From the sequence record OR228459.1: DNA of 64,000 nucleotides; one strand, 5' to 3'. A model generated the notes under the pieces. The model searched no databases. It saw only the letters and a list, made by a program, of their open reading frames with translations, and was not told the origin of the DNA. The translations under genes and the position numbers were made by a program. Of this stretch, positions 42,159 through 51,364 are shown piece after piece. Positions within the stretch are counted from its first letter, which is position 1; each line of letters opens with the position of its first letter.

Positions 42159-43256
42159 ATGCTTGATTTCGCCATTCTCTTCATACCAGCATTTCTTGTT
42201 ATGGTTGGTATGAAGATGCTGTACGATCATAAGATTACACCAAAAGAATTAGGTATTCATTTAGCTGCAATCATTGTTGGTGCTGCTGTTATATTAGGAA
42301 TCAACTACTACTTTCTGTATAGTGATTTACAAGATATTGAAGTACTGAACGGTGAAGTAACAGGTAAGTACAAACATACTGAAATTTGTTCTGAATATAG
42401 TTCTTGTAAGAATTATCATTACAAAGAAAAATGCAGAACTACCTACGACAGCAAAGGACGTTCGCATCGTAGTTGTGTATCATATAAAGTTTTTGACTAC
42501 CCAACTGAATACGATTGGTACGTTACTACTTCAATAGGTGAAATTGAAATAAAGCGTGTTAACCGCCGGGGTGATGTAATGCCGGATCGCTATCGTATCG
42601 CAATGATTGGTGAACCTGCATCAGTACCACATCAATACACAAACTATCTTTGGGCTGATAAACATTCTTTGTTTGCACCTGAAGACTTTGAAACAAAGTA
42701 TCCAGATGATTACAAGAAAGGAATTCCAAGTTATCCATTAGTTTATGATTATTATAGGACTAATCACGTTGTTAACTTGACCAATATTCCATCATTAGGG
42801 TATAATGAATATATATCTGAAGTACTTAAAAAAGCCGGAAAAGACAAACAATTGAATATGACTATTGTTATGTACGATAGTTCTGACCATGAGTTTGTTG
42901 ATGCCACGATGACCAAATGGCGTGGCGGTAAGAAGAATGATGTACTTATGTTCTTTGGTGTTGATAAAGAAGGTAATGTAAACAAATTCTTCAGCACATC
43001 TTTCGCTGGTGGTATGAAAAACGAAATGCTTCACGCAACTATGCGTATTGATGCATTGAGCGAGAAAATGTCGCTTGACTTATTGAAGAAACAGGTATAT
43101 ACTGTACTTCAGAAATACGAAAGATTACCTAACGAGGAATTCAAGTACATGAAATATAAACTTGAACCTAAGAAGGAAATCATCGTGGCATGTAGCGTAG
43201 TGCTACTACTTATCTCACTGTTTATTGGTTTTTATATGAGGGACAATGATCTATGA
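42159..43256 (+). CDS. membrane protein with large periplasmic domain
   Basis: Two N-terminal TM helices, Cys-containing periplasmic region, C-terminal TM; WRGGKKNDV. Confidence 0.75.
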   Translation: MLDFAILFIPAFLVMVGMKMLYDHKITPKELGIHLAAIIVGAAVILGINYYFLYSDLQDIEVLNGEVTGKYKHTEICSEYSSCKNYHYKEKCRTTYDSKGRSHRSCVSYKVFDYPTEYDWYVTTSIGEIEIKRVNRRGDVMPDRYRIAMIGEPASVPHQYTNYLWADKHSLFAPEDFETKYPDDYKKGIPSYPLVYDYYRTNHVVNLTNIPSLGYNEYISEVLKKAGKDKQLNMTIVMYDSSDHEFVDATMTKWRGGKKNDVLMFFGVDKEGNVNKFFSTSFAGGMKNEMLHATMRIDALSEKMSLDLLKKQVYTVLQKYERLPNEEFKYMKYKLEPKKEIIVACSVVLLLISLFIGFYMRDNDL

Positions 43257-43813
43257 AAAACGCACTTATCGCCGTTATCGCACTATTCGTCGTGATTGTA
43301 CTTGGCGTAGCAGGTGTAGTTGGTATGTACAGCAGCAAGCATGATCAGGCTGTTAGTTTCGAAAGTAACATTAAACGCTATTACGATGCTTCCGAAAATG
43401 ATTTGAGTACTTACACACTAACCATCAAAGAGAAAACACAAATTTCCGATATGTATGTTAGTGACCTACGTTCAGTAATTGGTGAGTACTTTAACGGTAA
43501 GCAAGGTGTTACTGAAAAACAAGTAATGTCCTTTATCCAACAACACATTCCAAACTTGGATAGCAAGATTTATCAAGAACTAATGGCAACAATTGAAGCG
43601 GGACGTAAACAGTTCAGCAATACACAAAAGATGAAAATTGATCAGTGTGCGTCATATGATAAATTCCTAAAAGGTTTCTGGAACAGTAAGATCGTTGACC
43701 GTACACAGTTCCCGTCTGCAAACATTTCTAAGTACTGTGTAGTAGTTTCAGATAAGCAGACTCGTACTGCAATGGAAACTGGTATTCAAGAACCAATTAG
43801 TTTGAAAAAGTAA
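43253..43813 (+). CDS. membrane-anchored helical (LemA-like) protein
   Basis: N-terminal signal/TM, IEAGRKQFSNTQ; coupled to the previous gene. Confidence 0.65.
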   Translation: MKNALIAVIALFVVIVLGVAGVVGMYSSKHDQAVSFESNIKRYYDASENDLSTYTLTIKEKTQISDMYVSDLRSVIGEYFNGKQGVTEKQVMSFIQQHIPNLDSKIYQELMATIEAGRKQFSNTQKMKIDQCASYDKFLKGFWNSKIVDRTQFPSANISKYCVVVSDKQTRTAMETGIQEPISLKK

Positions 43814-43821
43814 TTTAATAT

Positions 43822-43850
43822 GCGAGTGCTTAGAGGCACTCGTTTTTTTT
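43822..43850 (+). terminator. Rho-independent terminator
   Basis: GCGAGTGCT-taga-GGCACTCGT then a T-run. Confidence 0.85.
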
Positions 43851-43863
43851 ATATAGGTGAAAT

Positions 43864-44460
43864 ATGAAAATAAATTTTGATACATGGATGGATTGTACTT
43901 ATAAAGCTATTCAACTAGTTCAGGATATAGGTCGTAATGTTTTCTATCATAATCCATTTTACAAATCTCCACACGTATCGTTTGAAAGAATAGATGGTCG
44001 ATACCACATTACTATTTCTAGAGAACTTACACGCGAAGAACAATTAGAAAGTGAAAAAGATTCACTTTCATCTAATTCAGTTGGATGGGCAATCGGTACT
44101 ATTACCTCTACTACAATATCAAGTAATACAATCACTTTACCACCTATCATTACAATTAAACTTGTCATCGATGGTTGCTGGAGAATACAATCCATTCAAT
44201 GGATTAAAAAAACTGGTCGTGGGTTGGCGATTATCAACACCTATTCGAGTGAATATGATTCATGGAAACTTGCAGATGGTGGCGGTGAAATTGTAAACTC
44301 TATTCTTTTTATTGAAAAAGGAATTGTTGTAGACGGAAAAGTATATACTGACGAAAACCCAGATGCGTTTATGAATGATATTAGTACTGATGAAGTACGA
44401 TGCTTAGATTTACTTCATATGCGTGAAAAATATAAAGAATCATTGTTTGGAACAGACTAA
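43864..44460 (+). CDS. hypothetical protein
   Basis: 198-aa ORF with AGGTG SD. Confidence 0.65.
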   Translation: MKINFDTWMDCTYKAIQLVQDIGRNVFYHNPFYKSPHVSFERIDGRYHITISRELTREEQLESEKDSLSSNSVGWAIGTITSTTISSNTITLPPIITIKLVIDGCWRIQSIQWIKKTGRGLAIINTYSSEYDSWKLADGGGEIVNSILFIEKGIVVDGKVYTDENPDAFMNDISTDEVRCLDLLHMREKYKESLFGTD

Positions 44461-44461
44461 T

Positions 44462-45016
44462 ATGAATTTTTTACCAACTCTTAATAGTATTATGAGAAAA
44501 TCTCTATATAATAAACTAGAGGCAACTTTAGCAATTATCGAAGCATTTGATTTTAGTGTTTTTGAAAATCTTGATGAAGAACAATTATCTATTCATGATA
44601 TTAATATAACAATATCAAAAGAAAATAGATTTATATTTAGTAAGACTTATCGTATTGAAATTGTTTCTGATGCTAGTGATCATTATTATCGATATGAAAA
44701 CCCACATAATCTTTACATAAATGGTAGATATGAACCAATGTTTGTTGATGTGACATTTAAAGCCCTAATCAATGATTGTAAATTAAAACGCATTGAAATG
44801 CGAATACAAGGCCAGTCATACAACAATGACCGATTGTTGAATATTTTGGTTGGGAAAGAAAAAATCTTGATTAACAGCGAATGGTTTGATATAATGGGTC
44901 TCGAAGAGAAGATTTTTCAAATGAGTACTGTTAAGTCACCTGAACCATTTGACTTACCATCCATTGGGGAAATGTTCAGAAAACTCCACTTATTCAACGA
45001 CAGAGGCGAAAAATGA
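44462..45016 (+). CDS. hypothetical protein, FQxST paralogue family
   Basis: EEKIFQMSTV near the C-terminus. Confidence 0.6.
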   Translation: MNFLPTLNSIMRKSLYNKLEATLAIIEAFDFSVFENLDEEQLSIHDINITISKENRFIFSKTYRIEIVSDASDHYYRYENPHNLYINGRYEPMFVDVTFKALINDCKLKRIEMRIQGQSYNNDRLLNILVGKEKILINSEWFDIMGLEEKIFQMSTVKSPEPFDLPSIGEMFRKLHLFNDRGEK

Positions 45017-45390
45017 TTTGGATTGCATTGATAGTTGTAGTATCTCTATATTTTCTATATTTTGTACTACGCAGTTGTGCAGTACTACAAGGTCTTTATT
45101 TCAAAACTGACACTAAATCAGTTGCAGGTTTAATTGGTGACTATCCAAAAATCTGTATTGGTGTCGTAATATTCTTTGTACTAATCAACATCTATGATTA
45201 CAAGAAACACGTAGTCAGTATGTATGATTGTTCAGTACAGAAGACTATTCACAAAGCAGCAAATAGTGAATACTCATGGTATAATGGAGAGTGCAACTTC
45301 CAAGATAAGAATGGTGTATTCATTAACATGAAGCGTGTACGTGGTCTACCCGAAGGTACTGCTGACCACGCAGATGATGATTTACAATAA
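45013..45390 (+). CDS. membrane protein
   Basis: Two TM helices; Cys pair in the C-terminal domain. Confidence 0.7.
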   Translation: MIWIALIVVVSLYFLYFVLRSCAVLQGLYFKTDTKSVAGLIGDYPKICIGVVIFFVLINIYDYKKHVVSMYDCSVQKTIHKAANSEYSWYNGECNFQDKNGVFINMKRVRGLPEGTADHADDDLQ

Positions 45391-45399
45391 GGTAAAAAT

Positions 45400-45894
45400 A
45401 TGTTTGAATGGGATCAAGAGAAGTACTTTGATCCTACCGAGGACGGTTTAACTCACATCAATACATATAGTAAAGGAAGAACCGTATTGGGGAGGATGCT
45501 ATCAAATTTTGCATACTCCCCTTTTGTGTATGAACCATACGGGAAATTTGATTCAGTTGAGGGATTCTGGTACTGGTACTTAACTGGACAGAAGCATGAA
45601 GACTTGAGAACAGTAAGTGGTTCATATGCTAAAGTACTTGGTAGGAAATATGAAAGTGATAGGGTAGAACATTCTCTCACTGAAGAAACAATTGAAGTAA
45701 TGCAAGGTGCAATGATTAGTAAGATTGCACAGAATAAAGAACTACAGGAAATGTTAATTAGTAGTACTTTGCCTCTATGTCATTACTATTTCATGTATGG
45801 ACGTGTCATAAATCCCTTTGATGGTCATGATTGGTTCTCCGAGACATTGGAGGATATTCGGACGGTATTGAAACTTGGGACAAATGATGTTTAA
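45400..45894 (+). CDS. NADAR-family ADP-ribose hydrolase (T4 gp30.3-like)
   Basis: HINTYSKG.T.LGRMLSNFAYSPF, FDSVEGFW, LR..SG..AK..G. Confidence 0.7.
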   Translation: MFEWDQEKYFDPTEDGLTHINTYSKGRTVLGRMLSNFAYSPFVYEPYGKFDSVEGFWYWYLTGQKHEDLRTVSGSYAKVLGRKYESDRVEHSLTEETIEVMQGAMISKIAQNKELQEMLISSTLPLCHYYFMYGRVINPFDGHDWFSETLEDIRTVLKLGTNDV

Positions 45895-45905
45895 TGTGAT
45901 ATAAT
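45875..45905 (+). promoter_or_regulatory. phage-specific GGGACA-class promoter driving the candidate ncRNA
   Basis: TTGGGACAAA-N9-ATGTGA-TATAAT inside the last codons of the NADAR gene. Confidence 0.85.
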
Positions 45906-45910
45906 ATGTG

Positions 45911-46261
45911 TAGATATAACAATTGTGGCTGCTTTATGCAGACGTACTAAAACCGAAACCCTTGAAAACGTAAAGGGACGATGAGCATGACCACACATGC
46001 GAAGTGCAGATGAAACCCGCTCGGCGGCAATGCGGCACTATAAAAGGACACGTAAGGCACGTTAAGTCCTCTTGATAGACATATGAGGTCACTCACCAAA
46101 ATGCTAAGGGAGACGTTTATACGTCGCATATAGAGCTTGATCGAATAGGCTTTGTATGATGTGGACTAAGACCCCGACCGTTGCATATGACTGTGATAGA
46201 GAGAAACAGAGCAACCCGCTTTCGTTCTTTGACCAGTTTTAGTACGCTATAGTTGTATCTA
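45911..46261 (+). ncRNA. candidate ~350-nt structured non-coding RNA, family unassigned
   Basis: Starts 6 nt after a -10 box; about 46% GC by hand count; ends pair (45911-45920 with 46252-46261; 45943-45953 with 46236-46246); at least 6 internal hairpins; no credible ORF. Confidence 0.7.
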
Positions 46262-46516
46262 AAATTCAGAGAAATTCACAATTCGATAATTCCGAGGCTA
46301 CCAGCGTCAGAATCAATAATCAATAATCAGTACTTTAATTAGTACTTTTTTATTGTCTTCATTCCCCAATGGGGGGATGAAATTGCCTCTACAAACCTCG
46401 TCAGGAATAAAAGTACAATATGAATTGAGTTACGATAATACGAACGTAGTGAGTATTAAGAGTAACGAAAATTCTTAGACAATCGTAGATTGGCTAATTA
46501 GACAATAGGAACAATA

Positions 46517-47482
46517 ATGAATAAATTAAACAGATCACAAGGTTGTTTAATGGGACTAGCTGTAGGTGATGCAGTAGGAACTACCTTAGAATTTAAACAA
46601 AGAGATTCAGAGAATATCACTGATATGGTAGGTGGTGGCCCATTCCAATTAGAAGTAGGTCAATGGACTGATGATACCAGTATGGCATTATGTTTAGGCT
46701 ATGCATTGCTAGAAGATCATAAAGTAGAAACTTCTGATTGGTCTAGATTGCAATTAGTTAATTACGTTGATTGGTACAAAAATGGTTATTGTAGTTCTAA
46801 TGGATACTGCTTTGATATTGGCGGTACTACTAGTAATGCATTACTAAATTTCATCCGTAATGGTACACTTGTTAACAACGATCATTTTCTTGATTCTGGT
46901 AATGGTAGTTTAATGCGTTTAGCTCCAATCCCAATCTATTATAATACTGGTGCTGATGTTGATAAGTTCACCTATTTGTGTTATGCAGCCGATATGAGCA
47001 GTTCAACTACACATGCAAGTACTTTATGTCGTCAGTCATGTGTTGCGTTTGCTGTACTACTTAATCGTGCTTTAAATGGCCCGATTGAATTAGAAAATGT
47101 TGAACATGATGTATTACAATCAAAGCGTTCATTACTTTCTTTCCCAGAAAAAGTTTGGGAAGGTCTTGTGAGTGAACCTTTAGTACTAGAAATCATGAAT
47201 GGTTCTTATAAGAATAAGTCACGTGATGAAATTAGTTCTAGTGGGTATGTTATTGATAGCTTAGAAGCCGCTCTATGGTGCTTCTGGAACACCGAAAACT
47301 TCCGTGACGCAATCCTATTAGCTGCTAACTTAGGTGACGATGCAGACACCGTAGCGGCAATTACAGGGCAGATTGCAGGTGCTTTCTATGGTCTTGATGG
47401 TATACCAGATGAATGGGTACAGAAGATTGCCAAGAAAGATGAAATTTTACAATTAGCAGAGGACTTGACAGATGGGAATTAA
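46517..47482 (+). CDS. ADP-ribosylglycohydrolase (DraG/ARH family)
   Basis: LAVGDAVG, GQWTDDTSMAL, GNGSLMRLAP, TTH, GDDADTVAAITGQIAGA. Confidence 0.93.
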   Translation: MNKLNRSQGCLMGLAVGDAVGTTLEFKQRDSENITDMVGGGPFQLEVGQWTDDTSMALCLGYALLEDHKVETSDWSRLQLVNYVDWYKNGYCSSNGYCFDIGGTTSNALLNFIRNGTLVNNDHFLDSGNGSLMRLAPIPIYYNTGADVDKFTYLCYAADMSSSTTHASTLCRQSCVAFAVLLNRALNGPIELENVEHDVLQSKRSLLSFPEKVWEGLVSEPLVLEIMNGSYKNKSRDEISSSGYVIDSLEAALWCFWNTENFRDAILLAANLGDDADTVAAITGQIAGAFYGLDGIPDEWVQKIAKKDEILQLAEDLTDGN

Positions 47483-47693
47483 TATGTCATATTGCATGTT
47501 CGAGAATACATCGGCTGCAATGCAAGAAATTATTGACAAAATGTATGAAGATGACTTTGATCCAAACGAACTATCTTCATACGAAAAACGTGCTTTCGAT
47601 GCTCTATACGATCAAGTACAAACAATTAAAGACCGCCTAGATGAGCTAGAAGAACGTGAATGGTTAGATGAGGATGAAGACAGTGAAGAATGA
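47472..47693 (+). CDS. small acidic protein
   Basis: MSYCMFENT motif, D/E-rich tail. Confidence 0.7.
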   Translation: MGINMSYCMFENTSAAMQEIIDKMYEDDFDPNELSSYEKRAFDALYDQVQTIKDRLDELEEREWLDEDEDSEE

Positions 47694-47886
47694 TGAACTA
47701 CCATATATTGTAACAGAACGAACTGTTATTGATTTAGCATATAACCCAAACTATGGAGATAATCGTCTTTGTACGTGCGGTCATTCATATCATCGCCATT
47801 TCGATTCATATGAAGATATGGAACCAGTAGGTTGCAAATATTGTGGTTGCTTTGAATTCGTAGAAAAACTTGACAACGACAAATAA
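47683..47886 (+). CDS. small Cys/His-rich (metal-binding) protein
   Basis: CTCGHSYHRH...CKYCGC; GTG start inferred. Confidence 0.7.
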   Translation: MKNDELPYIVTERTVIDLAYNPNYGDNRLCTCGHSYHRHFDSYEDMEPVGCKYCGCFEFVEKLDNDK

Positions 47887-47898
47887 AGAGGATATAAT
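47870..47898 (+). promoter_or_regulatory. sigma70 consensus promoter
   Basis: TTGACA-N17-TATAAT, but the -10 abuts ATG 47899, so it would serve downstream genes. Confidence 0.55.
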
Positions 47899-48090
47899 AT
47901 GCATCCAATATTAAAAATTATTTTTGTTATAGTTATTTTTAATACTATTATGGGTGCTATTAATGTATTTTTCATTGATAACATCGAAATCAAAACAACG
48001 TTGAACGTTATCATGTTTGTACTCATAGGTATTGAACTCATCCTATGTAGTATTTGTTGGCATTCACCACTCGGAGAGAAAATAAAATGA
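47899..48090 (+). CDS. small two-TM membrane protein
   Basis: Two hydrophobic helices; GAGG SD. Confidence 0.6.
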   Translation: MHPILKIIFVIVIFNTIMGAINVFFIDNIEIKTTLNVIMFVLIGIELILCSICWHSPLGEKIK

Positions 48091-48581
48091 AATATTACAT
48101 GGTAAATGAAACGGATGCTAGTGGTGCTGGACGCACGAACTTCACATACTATAAACTTTCAGATTCCAGCACTTTAGAAGATGCTAAAGAAATTTACACT
48201 GATGAAAATCCTTGGGTTAAGTATCAAGAATGTTCTCGTATGAAAGCCTTTGAAATTGATGAAAGTACTTACAACGCTGGTTTAGCTTTCAATCGTTACA
48301 ATGAAGTATGTAACGAATCATACAATCGTGAGTGGAAAGAAGGAACTAAGCAATACCACAATGGTTATCTAGCAGAACATTATAACTTCTTTGCTACTCG
48401 CAAATGGGCCGAAATGTTTGCTAATCCAAATAAGATTGTGCGTATTGGTTATCCTAAATTACACAATGTTTATAAAATGGATGAAAACCGTAATTTACAT
48501 TTCGTCTATCATTACTGTAATGATATAGATTTTCGTGATGATACACGTGGTCGTGAAGTAATAAGCTGGTATAAAAAATGA
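48087..48581 (+). CDS. hypothetical protein
   Basis: GGAG SD before ATG 48087. Confidence 0.7.
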   Translation: MKYYMVNETDASGAGRTNFTYYKLSDSSTLEDAKEIYTDENPWVKYQECSRMKAFEIDESTYNAGLAFNRYNEVCNESYNREWKEGTKQYHNGYLAEHYNFFATRKWAEMFANPNKIVRIGYPKLHNVYKMDENRNLHFVYHYCNDIDFRDDTRGREVISWYKK

Positions 48582-48778
48582 AAAAAGAACCTGTTTACGA
48601 ACAGAAACTTTATTGTCCTCAATGTAAGAATGTGTACCAGTACAGAACGAATGAATGTGAAGTCTGTGGCTTCGCTATTCACAATCATTTTTGGGTCGAT
48701 GAACGGTTTAAGGAATTACGCTCTTTCCGTGCTATCCGCTCAATGGAAAAATACATGGAAAATATGAGGAACGAATGA
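48578..48778 (+). CDS. small zinc-ribbon protein
   Basis: CPQC...CEVC. Confidence 0.7.
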   Translation: MKKEPVYEQKLYCPQCKNVYQYRTNECEVCGFAIHNHFWVDERFKELRSFRAIRSMEKYMENMRNE

Positions 48779-49155
48779 ATATTACAGAACAAATGAAAAC
48801 CATCCCATTTTTAAGTACTCGTATCTTCATTGAGGATGGTTATGAAAAAACTGTGAGTATTATCGCTTACCGTGATAGTGAAGATTCACCATATAGTAAT
48901 ATTATTGCATGTCCACAATGCAATGGTATTGGTGCAATGGTAACTCTATTCACGAATGGTTGCATGGTCAAGTTAGATATGAATAAACTAATAATCACTG
49001 TTAACATTCCCGGTGATGAACCGTCTATTGCAACCTTTCCTCTTAATGTTGATGAGGGTGGCTTTTTCCAAGAAACAGTACTTCATGATTTCAAGGATAT
49101 TACGTTCGAGCACCTAAAGGCTGTTCGTGATGTAGTGGAACTATATAATGACTAA
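48775..49155 (+). CDS. hypothetical protein, FQxST paralogue family
   Basis: DEGGFFQETVLHDFKDITFEHL. Confidence 0.65.
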   Translation: MNITEQMKTIPFLSTRIFIEDGYEKTVSIIAYRDSEDSPYSNIIACPQCNGIGAMVTLFTNGCMVKLDMNKLIITVNIPGDEPSIATFPLNVDEGGFFQETVLHDFKDITFEHLKAVRDVVELYND

Positions 49156-49582
49156 TTCTGAAAAGTTAAACAAGATGTTGTATACATTCTTTTTAGCTGA
49201 TGATGGGATTTACAATGAAGAACGTATCTTTTCTTACATGTCTTGTAATGCAACGAGATCAAAAGAATCATTTGACACATTCTATTATATGGATGCAAGA
49301 TGTTCATTGAATTTTGATTGTATTGAGGGTGTATTCAATAAGTTAATACTTTATCCTGATAGTTATAATTCAGACGTACCATTTTTGAGTATTGATAGGG
49401 ATGGTATGATTATTGGTGGTTGTGCAGGTAATGATAAAGATCTTTTCTTTTATAAAGATTGCATTCCTACCAGTACTGAATTAAAGAAAATTGGTATGAA
49501 TTGCGAAACATTGGATTTACTTAATTTCATATTGATTAAATTCAAACCAATCATGGATAGGATACAGAAGAAATTTAAATAA
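49148..49582 (+). CDS. hypothetical protein
   Basis: 144-aa coupled ORF. Confidence 0.65.
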   Translation: MTNSEKLNKMLYTFFLADDGIYNEERIFSYMSCNATRSKESFDTFYYMDARCSLNFDCIEGVFNKLILYPDSYNSDVPFLSIDRDGMIIGGCAGNDKDLFFYKDCIPTSTELKKIGMNCETLDLLNFILIKFKPIMDRIQKKFK

Positions 49583-49585
49583 ATC

Positions 49586-49616
49586 TTGGGACAAACTAGG
49601 ATTTATGTGATATAAT
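49586..49616 (+). promoter_or_regulatory. phage-specific GGGACA-class promoter upstream of tRNA-Ser
   Basis: TTGGGACAAA-N9-ATGTGA-TATAAT. Confidence 0.85.
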
Positions 49617-49624
49617 ATAATTAC

Positions 49625-49715
<91 letters not shown>

Positions 49716-49733
49716 TTTTAAAACGAGGTTTAT

Positions 49734-51005
49734 ATGGGTAGCTTTAATGCATCATGTGCAGTAAGTAAGTGTAGTATTAACCCCGGAGATCGTGTAAAAT
49801 TGATCCCAATTGTAAGTACCACATCATTGAATACCGAATATAGCTCCCAAATGCATTTAGGTTTTGGATGCTATTGTTATGATTATTTCAAATTCTTAGG
49901 TTTACCTATGGATGCGACATATGAAGATTATGGTAATTTTGATGTATTACCGGGATTTGCATCGAACTACAATTTGAGTATTATTAAACAAAATTATACT
50001 CAAACGCCATTACCAACAGATGCAGAAGAACGTAGATATCTCGATCGTGAACCATATGAAACCACGGCTGATGATTTAGATTGGGAAACTATTGGTAAGA
50101 TGATCCATTACGGAACTATCTTCCTTGATAGCAATCAAGATTTTTCCCGTCGCAAACATCTAGGGTTTTTTCCTATTCTAGAATGCGTATACAACGTTAT
50201 GATGGAACGCACACACGAGATGTACTTTGACAACCATTATTCTCGCGTAACACTAGATCAGTACTACGAAAGTCAAGTACAAGAACTTTCTGGATTCTCA
50301 AAAGAACTTGAAGCTAAGATTTCTGAATATATGGAACTTTTTGGTGATAGTATTGGTGAGATTGGTAAATCTGGTAAGGTAATCACTGCCGAAGAGATTT
50401 ATGAAAAAGCTGTACGCATGGCAGAGTTTAGTATTGGTAGTCATACCAATCGTGATGAGTACTCATATAAGAATACGTCAAGTATGACAACTATCCGTGA
50501 ATCATATCAAGATTTGTACTCAAAACCATTGACTGATAATGAAGAACTTGCTATCATTAGACTTAAGGTTGAATTGCTTTTTGTGGTATGTGCACTAAAT
50601 GCATTCCAGATTCCAATTCTACCTCCTATGACAGCAGGACAGCAGTACGATAAAACTGAACATGCATCTTTCTTGATTCGTATTGGTCAAGAGATTATGA
50701 ACATGCAAAATAAAGACAATGATGAATCCGAGTTCAACGAATGGGAATTCAACACCACTGTTTCAGCGGTAGTTCAGGTTTCTTTGCAGAAATTGAGAGC
50801 ACGTGCTGATAATGATTATCAGAATGAACGTGGTAAAAAAGCACTTGAACTAATTGATGATTTCGTGTTAGAATACCCTAATGGTATGGAAATGAATACT
50901 TCTGAACTTATGAACAGTAAGTATGCATTATTCACTGAGTACTTTGAAAGTAACCTACTTAACTTCAAATTCATTGTTGACTTAACTGATGAAGATGGGG
51001 TATAA
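49734..51005 (+). CDS. conserved hypothetical phage protein
   Basis: 423 aa; MGSFNASCAVS start; GAGG SD. Confidence 0.75.
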   Translation: MGSFNASCAVSKCSINPGDRVKLIPIVSTTSLNTEYSSQMHLGFGCYCYDYFKFLGLPMDATYEDYGNFDVLPGFASNYNLSIIKQNYTQTPLPTDAEERRYLDREPYETTADDLDWETIGKMIHYGTIFLDSNQDFSRRKHLGFFPILECVYNVMMERTHEMYFDNHYSRVTLDQYYESQVQELSGFSKELEAKISEYMELFGDSIGEIGKSGKVITAEEIYEKAVRMAEFSIGSHTNRDEYSYKNTSSMTTIRESYQDLYSKPLTDNEELAIIRLKVELLFVVCALNAFQIPILPPMTAGQQYDKTEHASFLIRIGQEIMNMQNKDNDESEFNEWEFNTTVSAVVQVSLQKLRARADNDYQNERGKKALELIDDFVLEYPNGMEMNTSELMNSKYALFTEYFESNLLNFKFIVDLTDEDGV

Positions 51006-51010
51006 TAAAT

Positions 51011-51364
51011 ATGAAAGTCGGTGAACTTTTAGAGATTTTGAAACAATTACCACCACAAGCTGAGGTTGTAATTCCAGTAAAATCCACATTAGATACTATT
51101 GGGCCAACCCCAAGCACTAAAATACATGCTGTATATAATGGTTTTGATTGGGATTCTGGGACTGTTCAAATTTGGACTGATGACGTTTTAGTACGTTTCA
51201 CACCAGAGCAGCTTGAAGCATTCAAAGTAATGCAAAATGAAGCTCGTATGGTACGCCGTTCTGCATGGGCTGAGGCTCGTAATAAAGGTACAGACTATAA
51301 TGCGGCAATGCATGACACAGAAAAAGATGTACACCCGTTGTTCAGGGTAACAAAGGATAAGTAA
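51011..51364 (+). CDS. hypothetical protein
   Basis: MKVGELLEILKQLPPQAEV start typical of small phage proteins. Confidence 0.7.
   Translation: MKVGELLEILKQLPPQAEVVIPVKSTLDTIGPTPSTKIHAVYNGFDWDSGTVQIWTDDVLVRFTPEQLEAFKVMQNEARMVRRSAWAEARNKGTDYNAAMHDTEKDVHPLFRVTKDK

Noticed and set aside
45911-46261. RNase P RNA, tmRNA, group I/II intron or hammerhead identity for the structured RNA
   Set aside because: The 3' resemblance to RNase P is not matched by the GAGGAAAGTCC/P4 core. There are no tRNA-like ends or tag ORF, it does not interrupt a gene, and there is no exact CTGATGA/GAAA core. Left unassigned pending an Rfam search.
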